A stretch of 63,833 nt of DNA, the filler included, from Octopus bimaculoides (taxonomy: Eukaryota), in assembly GCF_001194135.2 (NCBI RefSeq). It is 6 parts of 5 records of this genome, joined end to end, with 100 filler letters (N's around TTAATTAATTAA, not from the genome) between each part and the next. Parts side by side here need not be neighbours in the genome. Positions count along the whole stretch, not along the records: positions 11,664 to 36,482 come from NC_068998.1; positions 36,583 to 55,760 come from NC_068983.1; 4 more parts are not named here. The stretch is one strand, 5' to 3'. The position numbers were made by a program, and so were the translations under genes. The first letter of the stretch is position 1, and the number at the start of each line of letters is the position of its first letter. A model generated the notes under the pieces. It did not search any database. It saw nothing but the letters and a program-made list of their open reading frames with translations, and was not told the origin of the DNA. Positions 29,287 to 41,913 of this stretch are shown one piece after another.

Positions 29287-29672
29287 TGTGTATTGTATAT
29301 GAACTATGTTTCTGTATATGTATATATACATATATATGTACCTATTTACATATAGAAATGCAATTATTTATACATGTGCATATTTAAGTGTGCGTGTATG
29401 TGTGTATACAAATGTAGATATGAATATATCTAGATACATATACGTTCACATGTAGACATATCTATATATACATGCATACACATATCTTTGTTTACACACA
29501 CGACAGTCTTATTCCGGGGGTGGGGGTCATTAGGAAATAATAATCAGTTTCATTGGTGAAGTCAGTTTAAAGGAATGTAAAACTCTTTGGCGGGAGTCGA
29601 AACAGAAAGCGAAAATAAAAGTACCTTAAAATATAGAGTGAGTATTGAGGTTGATTGAGCGTATAAGGCTTA

Positions 29673-29742
29673 CCAGCTGGCTAAGTCGGTATCAATTCGA
29701 GCTAGTAACTGGTGATTTGAGAGTTCGGTCCCTGTCAGCCGG
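29673..29742 (+). mobile_element. Degenerate tRNA-like SINE head
   Basis: A-box-like TGGCTAAGTCGG and B-box-like AGTTCGGTCCC at tRNA spacing; the cloverleaf is not intact. Confidence 0.3.
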
Positions 29743-29853
29743 ATAGCGTTCTGCTTTATATCAAGATTCACCTAAATATAAACGTTTATTTGTATATATG
29801 TATATAGATGTGTATGATTGTATATTTAATAGTTTCTCTCTCTTTCTCTCTGC

Positions 29854-29898
<45 letters not shown>

Positions 29899-30704
29899 NN
29901 NNNNNNNNNNNNNNNNNNNNNNNNNNNNNNNNNNNNNNNNNNNNNNNNNNNNNNNNNNNNNNNNNNNNNNNNNNNNNNNNNNNNNNNNNNNNNNNNNNNN
30001 NNNNNNNNNNNNNNNNNNNNNNNNNNNNNNNNNNNNNNNNNNNNNNNNNNNNNNNNNNNNNNNNNNNNNNNNNNNNNNNNNNNNNNNNNNNNNNNNNNNN
30101 NNNNNNNNNNNNNNNNNNNNNNNNNNNNNNNNNNNNNNNNNNNNNNNNNNNNNNNNNNNNNNNNNNNNNNNNNNNNNNNNNNNNNNNNNNNNNNNNNNNN
30201 NNNNNNNNNNNNNNNNNNNNNNNNNNNNNNNNNNNNNNNNNNNNNNNNNNNNNNNNNNNNNNNNNNNNNNNNNNNNNNNNNNNNNNNNNNNNNNNNNNNN
30301 NNNNNNNNNNNNNNNNNNNNNNNNNNNNNNNNNNNNNNNNNNNNNNNNNNNNNNNNNNNNNNNNNNNNNNNNNNNNNNNNNNNNNNNNNNNNNNNNNNNN
30401 NNNNNNNNNNNNNNNNNNNNNNNNNNNNNNNNNNNNNNNNNNNNNNNNNNNNNNNNNNNNNNNNNNNNNNNNNNNNNNNNNNNNNNNNNNNNNNNNNNNN
30501 NNNNNNNNNNNNNNNNNNNNNNNNNNNNNNNNNNNNNNNNNNNNNNNNNNNNNNNNNNNNNNNNNNNNNNNNNNNNNNNNNNNNNAGAAGCTTAAAAACA
30601 GCAACAACAACTGCTGCTACCGCTACCACTACTACTACCACCACCACCACCACCACCACCACCACTACTACTACTACTATTGTCTATTGATAATAATAAT
30701 AATG

Positions 30705-30762
<58 letters not shown>

Positions 30763-32420
30763 CAACAACGATGATGGTGACGCGACGACGACGACGATGA
30801 TGATGATGATTATAGTAATAATAATAATAATAATAATTATAATAACGGGTTCTTCAAGACAGGTAAGTAAGGAATATTTGACAACTGTCTACTAGAATAT
30901 GTTTCAGTGGATACAATGTTCAGTTACCCTGACAACAACTAAGTAATGCTGGTATGCCTCGAAACCCATTTAAATTGAAATTTTAATTGCACAGGCATTC
31001 CTTTAAGAATTAGGACAGATGTTTCTTTGGCTTCAATACTACATCATTGTAAATGAAGTATACGTACTGAATCTAAAACATGTGAGAGAAATAATAAAAC
31101 CTGTAACTTTTTCCAGAGATCATCTTACTCATCTGCCTATCAGGAAAAAACTCCATGATAATCCCCAAAATGCCACCTTTATCAAATAAAATCCTTTTCA
31201 CATTAGTCGAGCTTTTAGTACTTTCTTCGACAGTATCAACGATTCTATCAATTTCAGTTTCATGCACATCCATCCATCCATCCATCCATCCATCCATCCA
31301 TCCATACGTAATGCACGTATGTATATATATATATANNNNNNNNNNNNNNNNNNNNNNNNNNNNNNNNNNNNNNNNNNNNNNNNNNNNNNNNNNNNNNNNN
31401 NNNNNNNNNNNNNNNNNNNNNNNNNNNNNNNNNNNNNNNNNNNNNNNNNNNNNNNNNNNNNNNNNNNNNNNNNNNNNNNNNNNNNNNNNNNNNNNNNNNN
31501 NNNNNNNNNNNNNNNNNNNNNNNNNNNNNNNNNNNNNNNNNNNNNNNNNNNNNNNNNNNNNNNNNNNNNNNNNNNNNNNNNNNNNNNNNNNNNNNNNNNN
31601 NNNNNNNNNNNNNNNNNNNNNNNNNNNNNNNNNNNNNNNNNNNNNNNNNNNNNNNNNNNNNNNNNNNNNNNNNNNNNNNNNNNNNNNNNNNNNNNNNNNN
31701 NNNNNNNNNNNNNNNNNNNNNNNNNNNNNNNNNNNNNNNNNNNNNNNNNNNNNNNNNNNNNNNNNNNNNNNNNNNNNNNNNNNNNNNNNNNNNNNNNNNN
31801 NNNNNNNNNNNNNNNNNNNNNNNNNNNNNNNNNNNNNNNNNNNNNNNNNNNNNNNNNNNNNNNNNNNNNNNNNNNNNNNNNNNNNNNNNNNNNNNNNNNN
31901 NNNNNNNNNNNNNNNNNNNNNNNNNNNNNNNNNNNNNNNNNNNNNNNNNNNNNNNNNNNNNNNNNNNNNNNNNNNNNNNNNNNNNNNNNNNNNNNNNNNN
32001 NNNNNNNNNNNNNNNNNNNNNNNNNNNNNNNNNNNNNNNNNNNNNNNNNNNNNNNNNNNNNNNNNNNNNNNNNNNNNNNNNNNNNNNNNNNNNNNNNNNN
32101 NNNNNNNNNNNNNNNNNNNNNNNNNNNNNNNNNNNNNNNNNNNNNNNNNNNNNNNNNNNNNNNNNNNNNNNNNNNNNNNNNNNNNNNNNNNNNNNNNNNN
32201 NNNNNNNNNNNNNNNNNNNNNNNNNNNNNNNNNNNNNNNNNNNNNNNNNNNNNNNNNNNNNNNNNNNNNNNNNNNNNNNNNNNNNNNNNNNNNNNNNNNN
32301 NCACACACACAAACACAAAGTCACACGTGCAAACACGCATATACATGTATATGTAGATACATTTGCTTTTTATATTTATCCTTTATTTATCAATCTTATA
32401 CCTAATTATTTATTTATCTG

Positions 32421-32487
<67 letters not shown>

Positions 32488-32696
32488 TTAGCTCTATTTG
32501 TCTATCTATCTATTTATGTCTATCTATCTGTCTGTCGGTCTAGCTGTCTGTCTGTCTGCCTGTCCGTTTATCTGTCTACCTATGTGTGTATATGCGTGTG
32601 TGCGTACGCGCGTGTGTATACACACTTATGCCATACATTGTATAACGATGTATGTGCATATTTTTATACTGCGTTAGTATGTCAGACTAAATAACG

Positions 32697-32758
<62 letters not shown>

Positions 32759-33620
32759 AGACTCACAAAACATAAGTATAAATATATATATCTTCTTACG
32801 ATAAACACACATCTACATGAGGGTACATATACACAAATACACATGTCTTTTAGACATAAGCACACATAACATTAATGCATACATACGTGTATGCACATCT
32901 TATACACATTCAAATAAGCATTCAAGTACGTACACGTATGCTCAACGTACATAAAACCACACCTAATCATATATGCATTGGCTCGTGCATAAAATATGAC
33001 AACCACATATGAATATAGACTCATAAAATCTTGCATACATATACAGACATACATGGAAGTCGATACACTCTTTTGACTGTTGAACAAATGCATACAGCAA
33101 TACATACGTAAATTCACAAACATAGTCACACACAGAAATAAAAATCTCTATGCAAATCGCTTTTATATACGAAATTAATTTGACATATACATTTGTGTGT
33201 GTGTGTGTGTCAGTGTGTGTGTATACACACACACATTCATACGTGTGTGCATCTATACACACACATTCATACGTGTGTGTATCTATAAACACACACATTC
33301 ATACGTCTGTGTATCTGTACACACACACATAGGAACGCATACATATGGTATATATTGCTACTGTAAGAAGTCTGCTAGTTGCAGATTGCTTATAGGGAAT
33401 TACACCAACTGCGCGTTTATTCTTGAAACAGCTGTAAGGCATAAATCGCTATACCTGCCTCCTTTTTATTCCTTCTCTTTCAGTTTAGAATTTTACTTAT
33501 GATTTTTAAAGCTATCCCTGCAGCTTTTCTATAAACTTTAGAGCCAGCATTGAAAGTTACTGTAACGTCTATATAAACAATGTCTCAACCTACAATCGAA
33601 TACCAATACTTCAGACTTAC

Positions 33621-33705
33621 CTTCGAACAATTCCTGCACTACGTCAACATTTGTCTCAACCATGTTGAACTTTTACTGATCTCTTGTGACCTCATTCGTT
33701 TTCTC
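33621..33705 (-). CDS. Candidate start-codon exon (MVETNVDVVQELFE; ATG at 33663-33661)
   Basis: Acceptor ..caatatatag, AACATGG start context with an upstream in-frame stop, donor GAAG|GTAAGT. No recognised homology. Confidence 0.2.
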
Positions 33706-33794
33706 CTATATATTGTATAAATATAATAAATGTCCTAATCTAACTAGACATCAATCGTTTCGCTGTCTAACATTTTATTGTATTACATATGTAA

Positions 33795-33990
33795 AAATGG
33801 ACGCAGGACAAGGCAACGCAGAGAAAGCACCCTTCATCAGTTGCGCTAACTTGTCCTGTTTTCCTTCTTTTTTCTCTTTGTTTACGTATTTCGTTCGTTC
33901 TTCCCGCGTTTGTTTAAGTATTACACGTTGCTTCCACCATTGGTGACGTCCTGTACCCGCATATGCGTGTATATATATATATATATATAT
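33795..33990 (-). mobile_element. Remnant of the GACGTCCTGTACC / CTGATGAAGG terminal-repeat family
   Basis: CCTTCATCAGTTG at ~33832-33844 and GACGTCCTGTACCC at ~33946-33958 running into (TA)n; same motifs as at 41.0-41.5 kb and 56.9-57.7 kb. Confidence 0.6.
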
Positions 33991-34297
33991 ATATAAATAT
34001 CATATATTCTATATTATTTGTTATTTAATATTTAATTGAACGCTACGTNNNNNNNNNNNNNNNNNNNNNNNNNNNNNNNNNNNNNNNNNNNNNNNNNNNN
34101 NNNNNNNNNNNNNNNNNNNNNNNNNNNNNNNNNNNNNNNNNNNNNNNNNNNNNNNNTATATATATATATGTATGTATATATATATATATATTTATATATA
34201 TATACATATATATATATATATACATATATATACATGTGTGTGTGTACATATATATATGCATGTGTATGTGTATGTATATGTGTACGTATATATATAA

Positions 34298-34371
<74 letters not shown>

Positions 34372-35195
34372 GTATGTATATACGTATATATATGTTTGTG
34401 TGTGTATACACATACATACATACATACATACTTAAGTACGTACGTACGTTCGTGTTTCTTAGATTTTGATCAAAAGAACCTTTCCAAATTGAAGTAGTAG
34501 GTAAGCTGTGCACAAACAAGGTGAAGTAGACGAACAGACAGACTTGTCGACCGCCCTTGTGCAACTCCAGAGGCCAAACGAGACAGTTCAAAGTTAAGGC
34601 GACATCATCGATGAACTTCCCGCCAGTCAGTGGTGAAATTAACGACAACACTCACCATTTTCTAGACGAAACCAATCGATTTAAAAGAAAATTCGCCAGA
34701 TCAATACAATTATGATTATCTAGTGAAATATTTCGAATAATTTAGAATTTGGAACAAATTTGGAAGCCAAAACAACGCGATTAAACAAAAACAATGTAGT
34801 GTTGGAGCTTCTTTCTGAATTTTTGATGAGAAAATTGTTTGAAAAGAGAAAGGGAAAATGATAGATAAACATGGCGGAATAGACGTTAAGGAACAGAGAT
34901 CAAGACTGATCGGAATGGCGATACATCTCCGTATGTATGTATGTATGTATGTATGTATGTATCATACAGAACTTGAATTTATAATGTGTGAGTTAGTTGG
35001 TCAACCAGAGTCTTTGATAGATCAGTCACGCCGCGAGTGAGTGGTGGAAGCCTAACGGGATCGAACGCAGAACAACATGGTTACGAATCAGACAGCGATA
35101 CTTATATTTATTTAGTTATTACATAATACATGTTTCATCACAAAAATCTTTCGGCTTTCAAACTTATTTCCTCGTCTGTTATACATCCATCTTAT

Positions 35196-35237
<42 letters not shown>

Positions 35238-36582
35238 GTCATCACTATCATCATCATCGTCGTTGTCGTTGTCGTCGTCGTCATCGTCATCATCATCATC
35301 ATTGTCGTCGTCATCATGTTCGTCATCATTATCAACATCGTCATCATTATATTTATACCTTACTAATATCTTTATATCCTACATCACATCTGCCCCAATC
35401 TCCCTCACATACACACACATGTACACGCACGCACATACACAAATCCCTATTTTACCCTTATTTATACAAGCTTGACTTAGGGGTCAGTTTGTTCAACCTT
35501 TTGTTCACTCAACGAGATTAAATTCCCAAAATGAAATTCGCCTTCGTAATATATACAACGGGGGTACTGCCCTCTGGTGTGCGATTAACACGTGACGGTT
35601 GAAGTGGAAACAGACGAACGCAAAACGATGAGAATTTCATCAACGACAACAACAACAACAACAGCGGCAGGAACAACAGCAGCAGTAGCAGCAGCTGCAA
35701 CAACATCGGCAACAGTAGCAGTAACAATGTCAACGAATGCGAAGTCTCCAGCAACGGAGCGTGTACATGGACAAAGCAGCAGCTAGAAATGGCAGACGCG
35801 TCTCCCTTAAATCTATGTAGTACCAGACACCGATATAATGACGTGTTAGTCATGGGTGGATTGATTTTGAACATTCTTCTCTCTGCCAGGACTTACCTGG
35901 AGCTAAACTACAACAGCAAGTACCTAAAAAAAAAAAAACCACAACAACAACTAGAACAACAGCAAAAGCTATAACAACGTCTGCAATAACAACAGCACCA
36001 GCAACAACATTTACAAAACAACAACAGCATCACAACGACAATAGCAATAACAACAACAACAACAACAACAACAGCAGCAGTAGGAGCGATGATAATACGT
36101 AGGACAGACGGGACAATAACGTTGAAAGGAAGTGATGTGAGTATAATGAGAGGTTAAACTGTAGAATAATATCCAATATTTGACCATGATATAACCTTCC
36201 ACTTCATCATATAACCGCTTCCGGCTAAAACAACGCCATATTTCGCTAATGTCCGCCATTACAATTTAACGAGCAACGAAGATGCGTTTGTGTTTGTGGG
36301 TGTCCTGTTGAGTGTGTATGCATGTATTTGTGCTTGTGTGTGTATGTGTAAGTATGTGTGTCTCTGTGGTGAATGTGAGTCTGTGGAAAAGAATGCGTGT
36401 GTGTGTGTCTATCTGTTAGGGTATGTTAGAGTTGGGAGATGTTTCGAAGTGTTTGTACAAATGTACGTGTGTGTTACATCCANNNNNNNNNNNNNNNNNN
36501 NNNNNNNNNNNNNNNNNNNNNNNNNNTTAATTAATTAANNNNNNNNNNNNNNNNNNNNNNNNNNNNNNNNNNNNNNNNNNNN

Positions 36583-36614
<32 letters not shown>

Positions 36615-36761
36615 TATATGTTTATATATATGTGTGTGTGTAAATATATATATATACACTTATTTTAATATGCATATATACATATGTATTTATGTATTTA
36701 TTTTATCGATGCATCATTACATACATCATTCAAATGCATGCGTAAAGACACACACATGCGT

Positions 36762-36802
<41 letters not shown>

Positions 36803-38121
36803 TGTGTGTCTGAGTCTGTGTATCGATGTGCGCGCTCATATACGTTTGTAGATAAATGTGTAAGTATACCTGTACTTATATGAATGTGCATCAGCGTGTG
36901 GACGGAAGAGAGGGCATATAGCTTAAATAGTTGAAATAAATAGATATAAATTTAGATACATTATTTAATTTGTTAGATTGACTGATAAATAGAAATAGAA
37001 AGACATAATGAGAAATAAAGTTATACAGAATGATACATACATATGTATGTGCGTATATATATATATATATNNNNNNNNNNNNNNNNNNNNNNNNNNNNNN
37101 NNNNNNNNNNNNNNNNNNNNNNNNNNNNNNNNNNNNNNNNNNNNNNNNNNNNNNNNNNNNNNNNNNNNNNNNNNNNNNNNNNNNNNNNNNNNNNNNNNNN
37201 NNNNNNNNNNNNNNNNNNNNNNNNNNNNNNNNNNNNNNNNNNNNNNNNNNNNNNNNNNNNNNNNNNNNNNNNNNNNNNNNNNNNNNNNNNNNNNNNNNNN
37301 NNNNNNNNNNNNNNNNNNNNNNNNNNNNNNNNNNNNNNNNNNNNNNNNNNNNNNNNNNNNNNNNNNNNNNNNNNNNNNNNNNNNNNNNNNNNNNNNNNNN
37401 NNNNNNNNNNNNNNNNNNNNNNNNNNNNNNNNNNNNNNNNNNNNNNNNNNNNNNNNNNNNNNNNNNNNNNNNNNNNNNNNNNNNNNNNNNNNNNNNNNNN
37501 NNNNNNNNNNNNNNNNNNNNNNNNNNNNNNNNNNNNNNNNNNNNNNNNNNNNNNNNNNNNNNNNNNNNNNNNNNNNNNNNNNNNNNNNNNNNNNNNNNNN
37601 NNNNNNNNNNNNNNNNNNNNNNNNNNNNNNNNNNNNNNNNNNNNNNNNNNNNNNNNNNNNNNNNNNNNNNNNNNNNNNNNNNNNNNNNNNNNNNNNNNNN
37701 NNNNNNNNNNNNNNNNNNNNNNNNNNNNNNNNNNNNNNNNNNNNNNNNNNNNNNNNNNNNNNNNNNNNNNNNNNNNNNNNNNNNNNNNNNNNNNNNNNNN
37801 NNNNNNNNNNNNNNNNNNNNNNNNNNNNNNNNNNNNNNNNNNNNNNNNNNNNNNNNNNNNNNNNNNNNNNNNNNNNNNNNNNNNNNNNNNNNNNNNNNNN
37901 NNNNNNNNNNNNNNNNNNNNNNNNNNNNNNNNNNNNNNNNNNNNNNNNNNNNNNNNNNNNNNNNNNNNNNNNNNNNNNNNNNAACAACAAAGGATATATT
38001 TATACACCCACACAATCATATGAAATTAATAGAAATCGGAACCTCAGTCTCTATCACACACTCGTTCATCCTTTCCATAATCTATACAAGAAATTATCTT
38101 ATTAGTTTATATATGTTTGTG

Positions 38122-38160
<39 letters not shown>

Positions 38161-38610
38161 AAGGATCATTTACTGTCAACTTTGACGACGACGTTCCAGT
38201 GGTTCCATCAAATAAATTACCTGCTCGTGGAGTTGGCGAATAAGTTATCTGCATTCCAGAGGCACCGTTGCTTTTAAGTTAACGTTCAGGTACGATCAAC
38301 ATTACACAGTATGCGATACGGCTGATCCTTTGAAACGCAGGTGCAATCCGTACTTCACTCCAATGTCACTCATAAACCGTAGACCGACACAAGGCTCTTC
38401 AAAATGACGTATTCGGGAGTTGCCACTCTTCGAATGCTTAAATATTCAATCATACTACACATATGTTTGTGTGTGCGCGCGGGAGCGTGTGTGTATGTGT
38501 GTGTGTGTCTGTCTGTCTTTGTCTGTGCGTGTCTGTGCGTGTTTGTGTGTCTCATTGTGTATGTCACTTTGAGAGTGAATGTGTACGTTTATCAGTGTGT
38601 TTGCATGTAT

Positions 38611-38795
38611 ATATGTACGTATATTCTCTTATTCTTTTATATGTACGTATATTCTCTTATTCTTTTATATGNNNNNNNNNNGTACGTATATTCTCTTATT
38701 CTTTTATATGTACGTATATTCTCTTATTCTTTTATATGTACGTATATTCTCTTATTCTTTTATATGTACGTATATTCTCTTATTCTTTTATATGT
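38611..38795. repeat. 28-bp minisatellite (ATATGTACGTATATTCTCTTATTCTTTT)n
   Basis: At least six near-perfect units around a 10-N gap. Confidence 0.9.
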
Positions 38796-38837
38796 CTCAG
38801 GCTTGAGACTGCAGCCATGCCGCGGCATGTGTACATA

Positions 38838-39128
38838 TATACACATGGTGGTTGTCTACTCCTTAAACAGAGTTTGACCACCTCCTGCACCTACACCTTA
38901 GCCCTTTCATGGCGTCTGATGTGGCTTTTTAAACCAGACAGTGTTTTGAAAAAACACCCACACAGATTGCACCTCTGAGTTGCACTACCAATACCTGCAA
39001 GTAAGTTCTGCTCATTGTGGATCCTAACATGTCTTTTAAGACCCCCATTGGATTTGCAAACCCTCTGGCACACACCACATTCAAACGTGTGCACAGGGAT
39101 ATAACCAGAATAGCTGGCTGAGGTTTGT
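38838..39128 (-). mobile_element. RTE-type LINE 3' end with two C2H2-like fingers
   Basis: FECGVCQRVCKSNGGLKRHVRIH and RCNLCGCFFKTLSGLKSHIRRH, no TGEKP linker, stop at 38891-38893, short UTR (GTGGTCAAACTC..GACAACCACCAT) then a microsatellite. This fits RTE ORF2 termini. Confidence 0.6.
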
Positions 39129-39500
39129 NNNNNNNNNNNNNNNNNNNNNNNNNNNNNNNNNNNNNNNNNNNNNNNNNNNNNNNNNNNNNNNNNNNNNNNN
39201 NNNNNNNNNNNNNNNNNNNNNNNNNNNNNNNNNNNNNNNNNNNNNNNNNNNNNNNNNNNNNNNNNNNNNNNNNNNNNNNNNNNNNNNNNNNNNNNNNNNN
39301 NNNNNNNNNNNNNNNNNNNNNNNNNNNNNNNNNNNNNNNNNNNNNNNNNNNNNNNNNNNNNNNNNNNNNNNNNNNNNNNNNNNNNNNNNNNNNNNNNNNN
39401 NNNNNNNNNNNNNNNNNNNNNNNNNNNNNNNNNNNNNNNNNNNNNNNNNNNNNNNNNNNNNNNNNNNNNNNNNNNNNNNNNNNNNNNNNNNNNNNNNNNN

Positions 39501-39534
<34 letters not shown>

Positions 39535-40801
39535 TGCAAACATGCATATATAATATAGATATGTATGTATGCACGTATGTATAACTGTGTATGTGTGGTT
39601 GTCAGTATATATTTAACAGCTATTTTTCTCCATAAATCATTGACTTAAAATTGAAATTACAACGGTGGTAAGGTCAATTTAAATCAAACATATATGAGGT
39701 GATTTTCAAAGTAGAAGCTTTCTATACTTGACCTATACTCCTCAACACATTTTCTGTTCTAAAAAAATACATAGCACAAACCAAAGAGTAAATTTACTAT
39801 GTTGTCTAGATATATATTTACATAGCGGAATTCAATCTCCAAATCTAAAAATAATTAATGGTACATAGCCTCGGAAGAGTTCGTTAATTCTCTAGCTCAA
39901 CATTGTGATTAGTTCTCGACTTTGATTCTGCGCTGGAGGGCGGTACGTGCAATGGCCCGTATATCTAAATACTAATTCTGCATTAAATTTATTAATCATA
40001 GAGAAATGCAATGTGGTGGATATTTCGTTCAAGTTACACAGTAATGGTTTACGAAAAGATACAAAGTTGCTCGATAATATATATATTTAGACTTTGGTAC
40101 AGAGACTCTGAACTATATTCATGTGTATGAAGCGATTGTGTGAGGAGTGCTGAATGGAACTGGCCTAGAACTAGATATTAGCTGTACATCCCGTACATAA
40201 TAAACATGATTTCACTGAAATTTCATCAATAACATCAATAAAAATTTATATTGGCCTTCCATAGAAGTCAAATGATATAATGGCTAATACGAACGGACTA
40301 AAAGCAGCTGAACATAATTAATTGTAATATGTTCGATCAGATGCCCAAAATACATTTGCCTGCACATTTATACATACAATCTTAATTAAATGTTTCAGTT
40401 AATGAATTTTCACACAAGTTCACGCATTCACTCATTAACAATTTTGTAAGGATATATGAAAATACATGTAAGCATATTCTATATGCTACATCGTGTGTGT
40501 ATGTTTATAAATCCTGCCTGGATTCTGTTTGACGCAGTAAATGTGCTTAAGCGAAGCATCTTCGTTTCCGTAAACATCAACATTTTGTCCGCCATATTGA
40601 ATACTCTAAATAAGACAATTTTCAGCACAAACATATAGATATCGCTATAAATATTTTTCGCATGATTTTAATTACTATCATGATTGTGATATACAACTTC
40701 AAAATCATTGATGTAGTTTGTTTTCCTTCGAAATATGCATTTGTTTAAAGAAGTTTAACTGTTAACCGTAAGATAACCTAGCATAGCTGTGGTGCAGCCG
40801 T

Positions 40802-40920
40802 TGCTGTGTGGAAAGAGGTTAACTTCCCGACTACACGGGTCCTGGTTCAGTTCCACAGCGTGACAACTTCAGTATGTGACTTCTACTGAAGACTCGAGCC
40901 AACAAAAGCTTTGTGAGTAA
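40802..40920 (+). mobile_element. SINE family A, degenerate 5' part
   Basis: GCTGTGTGG..GGTTCAGTTCCACAGCGTG..CTCGAGCCAACAAAAGCTTTGTGAGT. Confidence 0.65.
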
Positions 40921-40930
40921 ATATATATGC

Positions 40931-40963
<33 letters not shown>

Positions 40964-40964
40964 C

Positions 40965-40996
<32 letters not shown>

Positions 40997-41029
40997 ACTA
41001 GGAGAAGGATACGTGGCATTCGATCATAT

Positions 41030-41470
41030 GATAATATAAATAATAAATAAATATATGCATATATCCATGCACATATGTACATACTTACATCTATATGTAT
41101 ACGTACATGCATATATGGGTACAGGACATCACAAAAAAACGTTAAACACAATGAGAAACTAAAACAGAAAACGAACTTTTTTTCGAACAACGAAAAAAAC
41201 AGAGAAACGAGACATACAACATAAAGAATATTCCCCTTCTTCAGTTGTCCCTGTCCATCTACTCCGCGTTTCATGTCTTGTTACTCTGTTTTCTTCGTTG
41301 TTCGAAAAACAGTTCGTTTTCTGCTTCGATTCTCATTGTATTTAACGTCTTTTTTTTTATTTTTTGTGATGTCCTGTATCCATATATGCATGTATGTATA
41401 CATATAGATGTAGCTATGTACATATATGTATGGATATATGCATATATTTATATATTATTTATATTATTAT
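41030..41470. mobile_element. Fold-back element: ~185-bp inverted arms around a ~55-bp spacer, TA-rich tails outward
   Basis: 41030-41215 is the reverse complement of 41273-41470 (~85%). The arms carry GATGTCCTGTA(C/T)CC and the spacer carries CCTTCTTCAGTTG. Confidence 0.85.
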
Positions 41471-41484
41471 GTATATATGTGTGT

Positions 41485-41516
<32 letters not shown>

Positions 41517-41801
41517 NNNNNNNNNNNNNNNNNNNNNNNNNNNNNNNNNNNNNNNNNNNNNNNNNNNNNNNNNNNNNNNNNNNNNNNNNNNNNNNNNNNN
41601 NNNNNNNNNNNNNNNNNNNNNNNNNNNNNNNNNNNNNNNNNNNNNNNNNNNNNNNNNNNNNNNNNNNNNNNNNNNNNNNNNNNNNNNNNNNNNNNNNNNN
41701 NNNNNNNNNNNNNNNNNNNNNNNNNNNNNNNNGGTAAAATAGTACTCAAATACCGGAGGTAGAGTGATAGGCTTTAATAATAAATCTGCAATGATATCAC
41801 A

Positions 41802-41847
41802 AAAACTGTTACTCAGATTTTCACGTTCCCGTTCGTCGGAGAGTTTT
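41802..41847 (-). ncRNA. Degenerate minimal type I hammerhead ribozyme motif
   Basis: Minus strand AAAACTCT-CCGACGA-ACG(GGAA)CGT-GAAA-A(TCTGA)G-T-A-ACAGTTTT. Stem I 7/8 bp, stem II 3 bp, GUA site. Deviations: U4C and a 15.2/16.2 mismatch. Confidence 0.55.
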
Positions 41848-41863
41848 GACAGCTTTATTAATA

Positions 41864-41913
<50 letters not shown>

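Noticed and set aside
31130-31262. Minus-strand frame ETEIDRIVDTVEE..ILFDKGGILGIIMEFFPDRQM as an exon or mariner fragment
   Set aside because: Weak acceptor, only a vague resemblance to the mariner FWD..G motif, and truncated by a gap.
35518-35974. Leu-rich (minus) or Asn/Ser-rich (plus) ORFs as a membrane protein or transcription factor
   Set aside because: Both arise from a degenerate (CAA/CAG)n tract; no domain recognised.
38891-39128. Member of the octopus C2H2 zinc-finger gene expansion
   Set aside because: Only two fingers, no TGEKP linker, and a short UTR with a microsatellite tail. This fits an RTE LINE terminus better.
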